Assembly: GCA_016748015.1 (NCBI GenBank)
Contig: JAAOMT010000727.1
Span: 220,203-284,202, forward strand
DNA from: Geosiphon pyriformis uo1
Lineage: Eukaryota > Fungi > Glomeromycota
Direction: 5' to 3'
DNA length: 64,000 nucleotides
Position numbers and translations under genes: made by a program. The notes below the pieces were generated by a model. It was not told the DNA's origin. It did no database searches and saw only the letters and a program-made list of their open reading frames with translations. The number at the start of each line of letters is the position of its first letter. The stretch's first letter is position 1. Below are positions 61,420-64,000 of this stretch, piece after piece.

Positions 61420-64000
61420 ATTATAACTGTAAACATTAATTATTTAATTGCAAAGACTTTAAATAAATTGTTGTTTGTGATTTTAAATAAAAACTTTAAT
61501 AAGAATAGTTCTAAAAACTCTACTAATTTCAATAAATGTTTCAGTTTAGATTTAGTTAACTTATTAATAGAAAGTCCAATTATTAAAACTTCTATATAAA
61601 AAAACTTCAAAAATATTGAAAAAACAATTAACTATGTGTTTATTTTTGCCAATTTTGTCAATATAATAATTAAATAGAATATTTTAGAGATTTTTAATTA
61701 TTTTAATACAGATTACAGAATTGTTTTTATTTTAAGTGTTTTAAACAGTTTGTTAAATACATAATTATATTTTTATTGTAAATAGGCTAAGAAAAATTAT
61801 TAAAAGTTTAATATTAAAAATGCTGTAATTCCAAATGAAATCAAATTAAGACTGTTATATTTAATACTGCTGCTATGTATTTTGACGAATTTGTCTCTTT
61901 AAAAAAGTTTTAAGTGCAAATACAATATAAAATGTTGTTTAAAAAGTGGTTTATTTTGTAGCAAACAAAGTGTCGCTTAAATTTTGATATAAAACCATAA
62001 TAATGTTTTTACCAAGATCTTTTTTTCGTTTTAAAAATTATTAAAGCTTCATATTTAGGATCAAGTGTTAATTTAAATTATCTATTAAATTATTGGTTTT
62101 TTTTGATAATAATAATGTTTTTTGTATACAAAAACTTTTAAATTTAGATGCTAATTTTAATGTTATTAAATCTGTATTATTTAAGATAAGAAAGTTTTAT
62201 TGTGTATTTAAGCTTGCTAAATCTCAAAAAGCTAAAGATACAATAATTAAGACTAGTATTAATAAACAAATAAAAGATTTTAAGATTAATAAAAATCATA
62301 TTATCAGAAATATTTTAAAATATCTTTTTTGGAAAATGGTTTTGAATTATTTAGTTGTTAATAATAAACTGGTTTTAAATTCTAATAAGATTAAATTTAA
62401 GTTAGATATTCTTAAAAAAAGACATAGATGTTAATAATTTTCTAACTATATAAATAAGAAAAAGTTTTAATTAATATTAAACCTATTGTTTTAATTAAAA
62501 CTATATAAAAAATTCTTTTTAATAAGATTTTTTTGGCTTTTAATACTTTTAATATTCTTTATAAAGATAATTTTTTTGTTTTAAAAAGTATTACAACTCA
62601 ATTTTTAATTTTTGTGGTTGAATTTGTAATAAAAAATACTTTGAAAAAGAATTATAAACTCTAATTAGTTTTATAAAATATATATAAAACATACAACTTA
62701 ATTAATTAACATTAATTGAAAAATAGTTTTGTTTAAGTTAAGTTATGTTTTAAGTTTATTAGATTTTTTAAAAGTATTTACAATAATAAACTTAATTGTA
62801 TTATAACAAACTATAGTTTGACTAATGAGTATTATATATATAATAGTTTAGACCAAGATAAAATATTTTTTTCACTTTTTTGACAAATTTTTTATGATCT
62901 TTTTTTGTGTAAAGTTAAAAGACAAAAAGTTTGTGTAACTATTAAATTAATATTAAGTTTTTTACCAATATCAAACAAGTCAAATACCAAATCAATTTAA
63001 TTTTTTTTCTTGTTACTAAAGCTTTTATTAATAATTTAATTTAGATAAAAAACAATTAAACTGCTATTTAATATATTTTAGATATTACAAATAAGTTTTT
63101 TTAAGTTAATAATATCTTAAGTAATAATAAGACAAAATAAGTGTTTTTTTATTATTAATTAGCAGCTTACTGATATTAATAGCCAAAAAAAATAAATTTT
63201 ACAAATATTCAAATATTTTTTTATTATTAAATAGTTTATTTAAACTTAGTTTGATTAAAATATACTTAAATATCAAATTTTTGCTAATATAGTATTAAAA
63301 AAGTTATTTTAAATAAACAGTTTTTATATTTGGTTTTGGCTATTTTACAGTTTATTATTAGTATAAAATATAGTTTAGTTTTATTTTTAAGAATATATAT
63401 AATAAATAAAATATTTTAATAAAAAAAATTTGAAGTTAAAATTTGATTTTTTAAAAAACTTTTTAAATAATGCTATTTATTACTTATTTAATATAACTTA
63501 AAAATTTTTAAATAGGTACAAATTAAAAATAAGATGACATTAATAGTTAATTTTTTGAATGCTAATAATATTCTTAATTGCTTATTTAATTATAGATTTC
63601 TGAATTTACAAGTTTTAAATTGGTTTTTTAATTATTTTTTGTAGTTTTTTGTTTATTTAAAAATCAATTTTGTTGACAATTTTTTGGTTGAAATTGTAAA
63701 AATTTTCTAGAAGTACAATATTTTTTTACATTTAATTTTTTTTTAATCTTTTATTTTTTTAGCAGAATTTTAATGTTTTTTACTTATTTAAGAAATTTGA
63801 TATTGCTTTTATTAAGTAGTTTTATACTAAGAAAAAATATATTTTTAACTGAAAAAATATTATTGTTAAAAAAAAAGATTTTTAAAAACCAGTTTTTATT
63901 GGTTTAATTTAATAATTACTTATCTAAATAATATAGCTTTTTATTATACTACTTTATTTTTAGTTATAAGCTATTAGTTGTTTAATGTTTTTAGTTTTAA
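61420..64000 (+). mobile_element. Heavily mutated LINE ORF2 (APE endonuclease plus RT)
   Basis: Motifs are recognisable only after reversing transitions: NKNFN (GGDFN), KTINYVF (IDY), NTDY (TDH), NIKPIVLIKT (RPIAL), L*NIYKTYN (QDxxKAYD), DQDKIFF (QGExxSP), AFINN (AFVDD). Confidence 0.8.

Overview
AT-rich, intron-containing eukaryotic DNA, most likely from a Glomeromycotina fungus. The Lipase_3 expansion, dUTPase-bearing Ty3/Gypsy elements and LINE ORF1 style suggest Geosiphon/Archaeosporales, but this is inference. 1-15.8 kb is three nested, decayed Ty3/Gypsy LTR elements: a full-length element B (4281-15221) sits in the LTR of an older element A, and a solo LTR C sits in the pol of B. 17-18.4 kb is a pogo/Tigger relic. 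20.7-31.4 kb is a cluster of four class-3 lipase homologues, all with Gly in place of the catalytic Ser; a fifth partial inverted copy lies at 56-57 kb. The cluster is interrupted by minisatellites, an 81-bp LSU rRNA fragment and a ~600-bp foldback. 33-51 kb holds ordinary genes: Boi1/2-Pob1, an F-box protein, a CYSTM peptide, a DHRS12-like SDR, a C-terminally truncated acyl-CoA synthetase-like gene and a hypothetical protein. 53-60 kb has an array of covarying GGA-loop hairpins, pseudogenes of a putative PD-(D/E)XK-like family and 84-bp direct repeats. 60.5-64 kb is LINE relics, one almost stripped of G/C by transition hypermutation. All calls come from reading the sequence by eye; no database searches were run.
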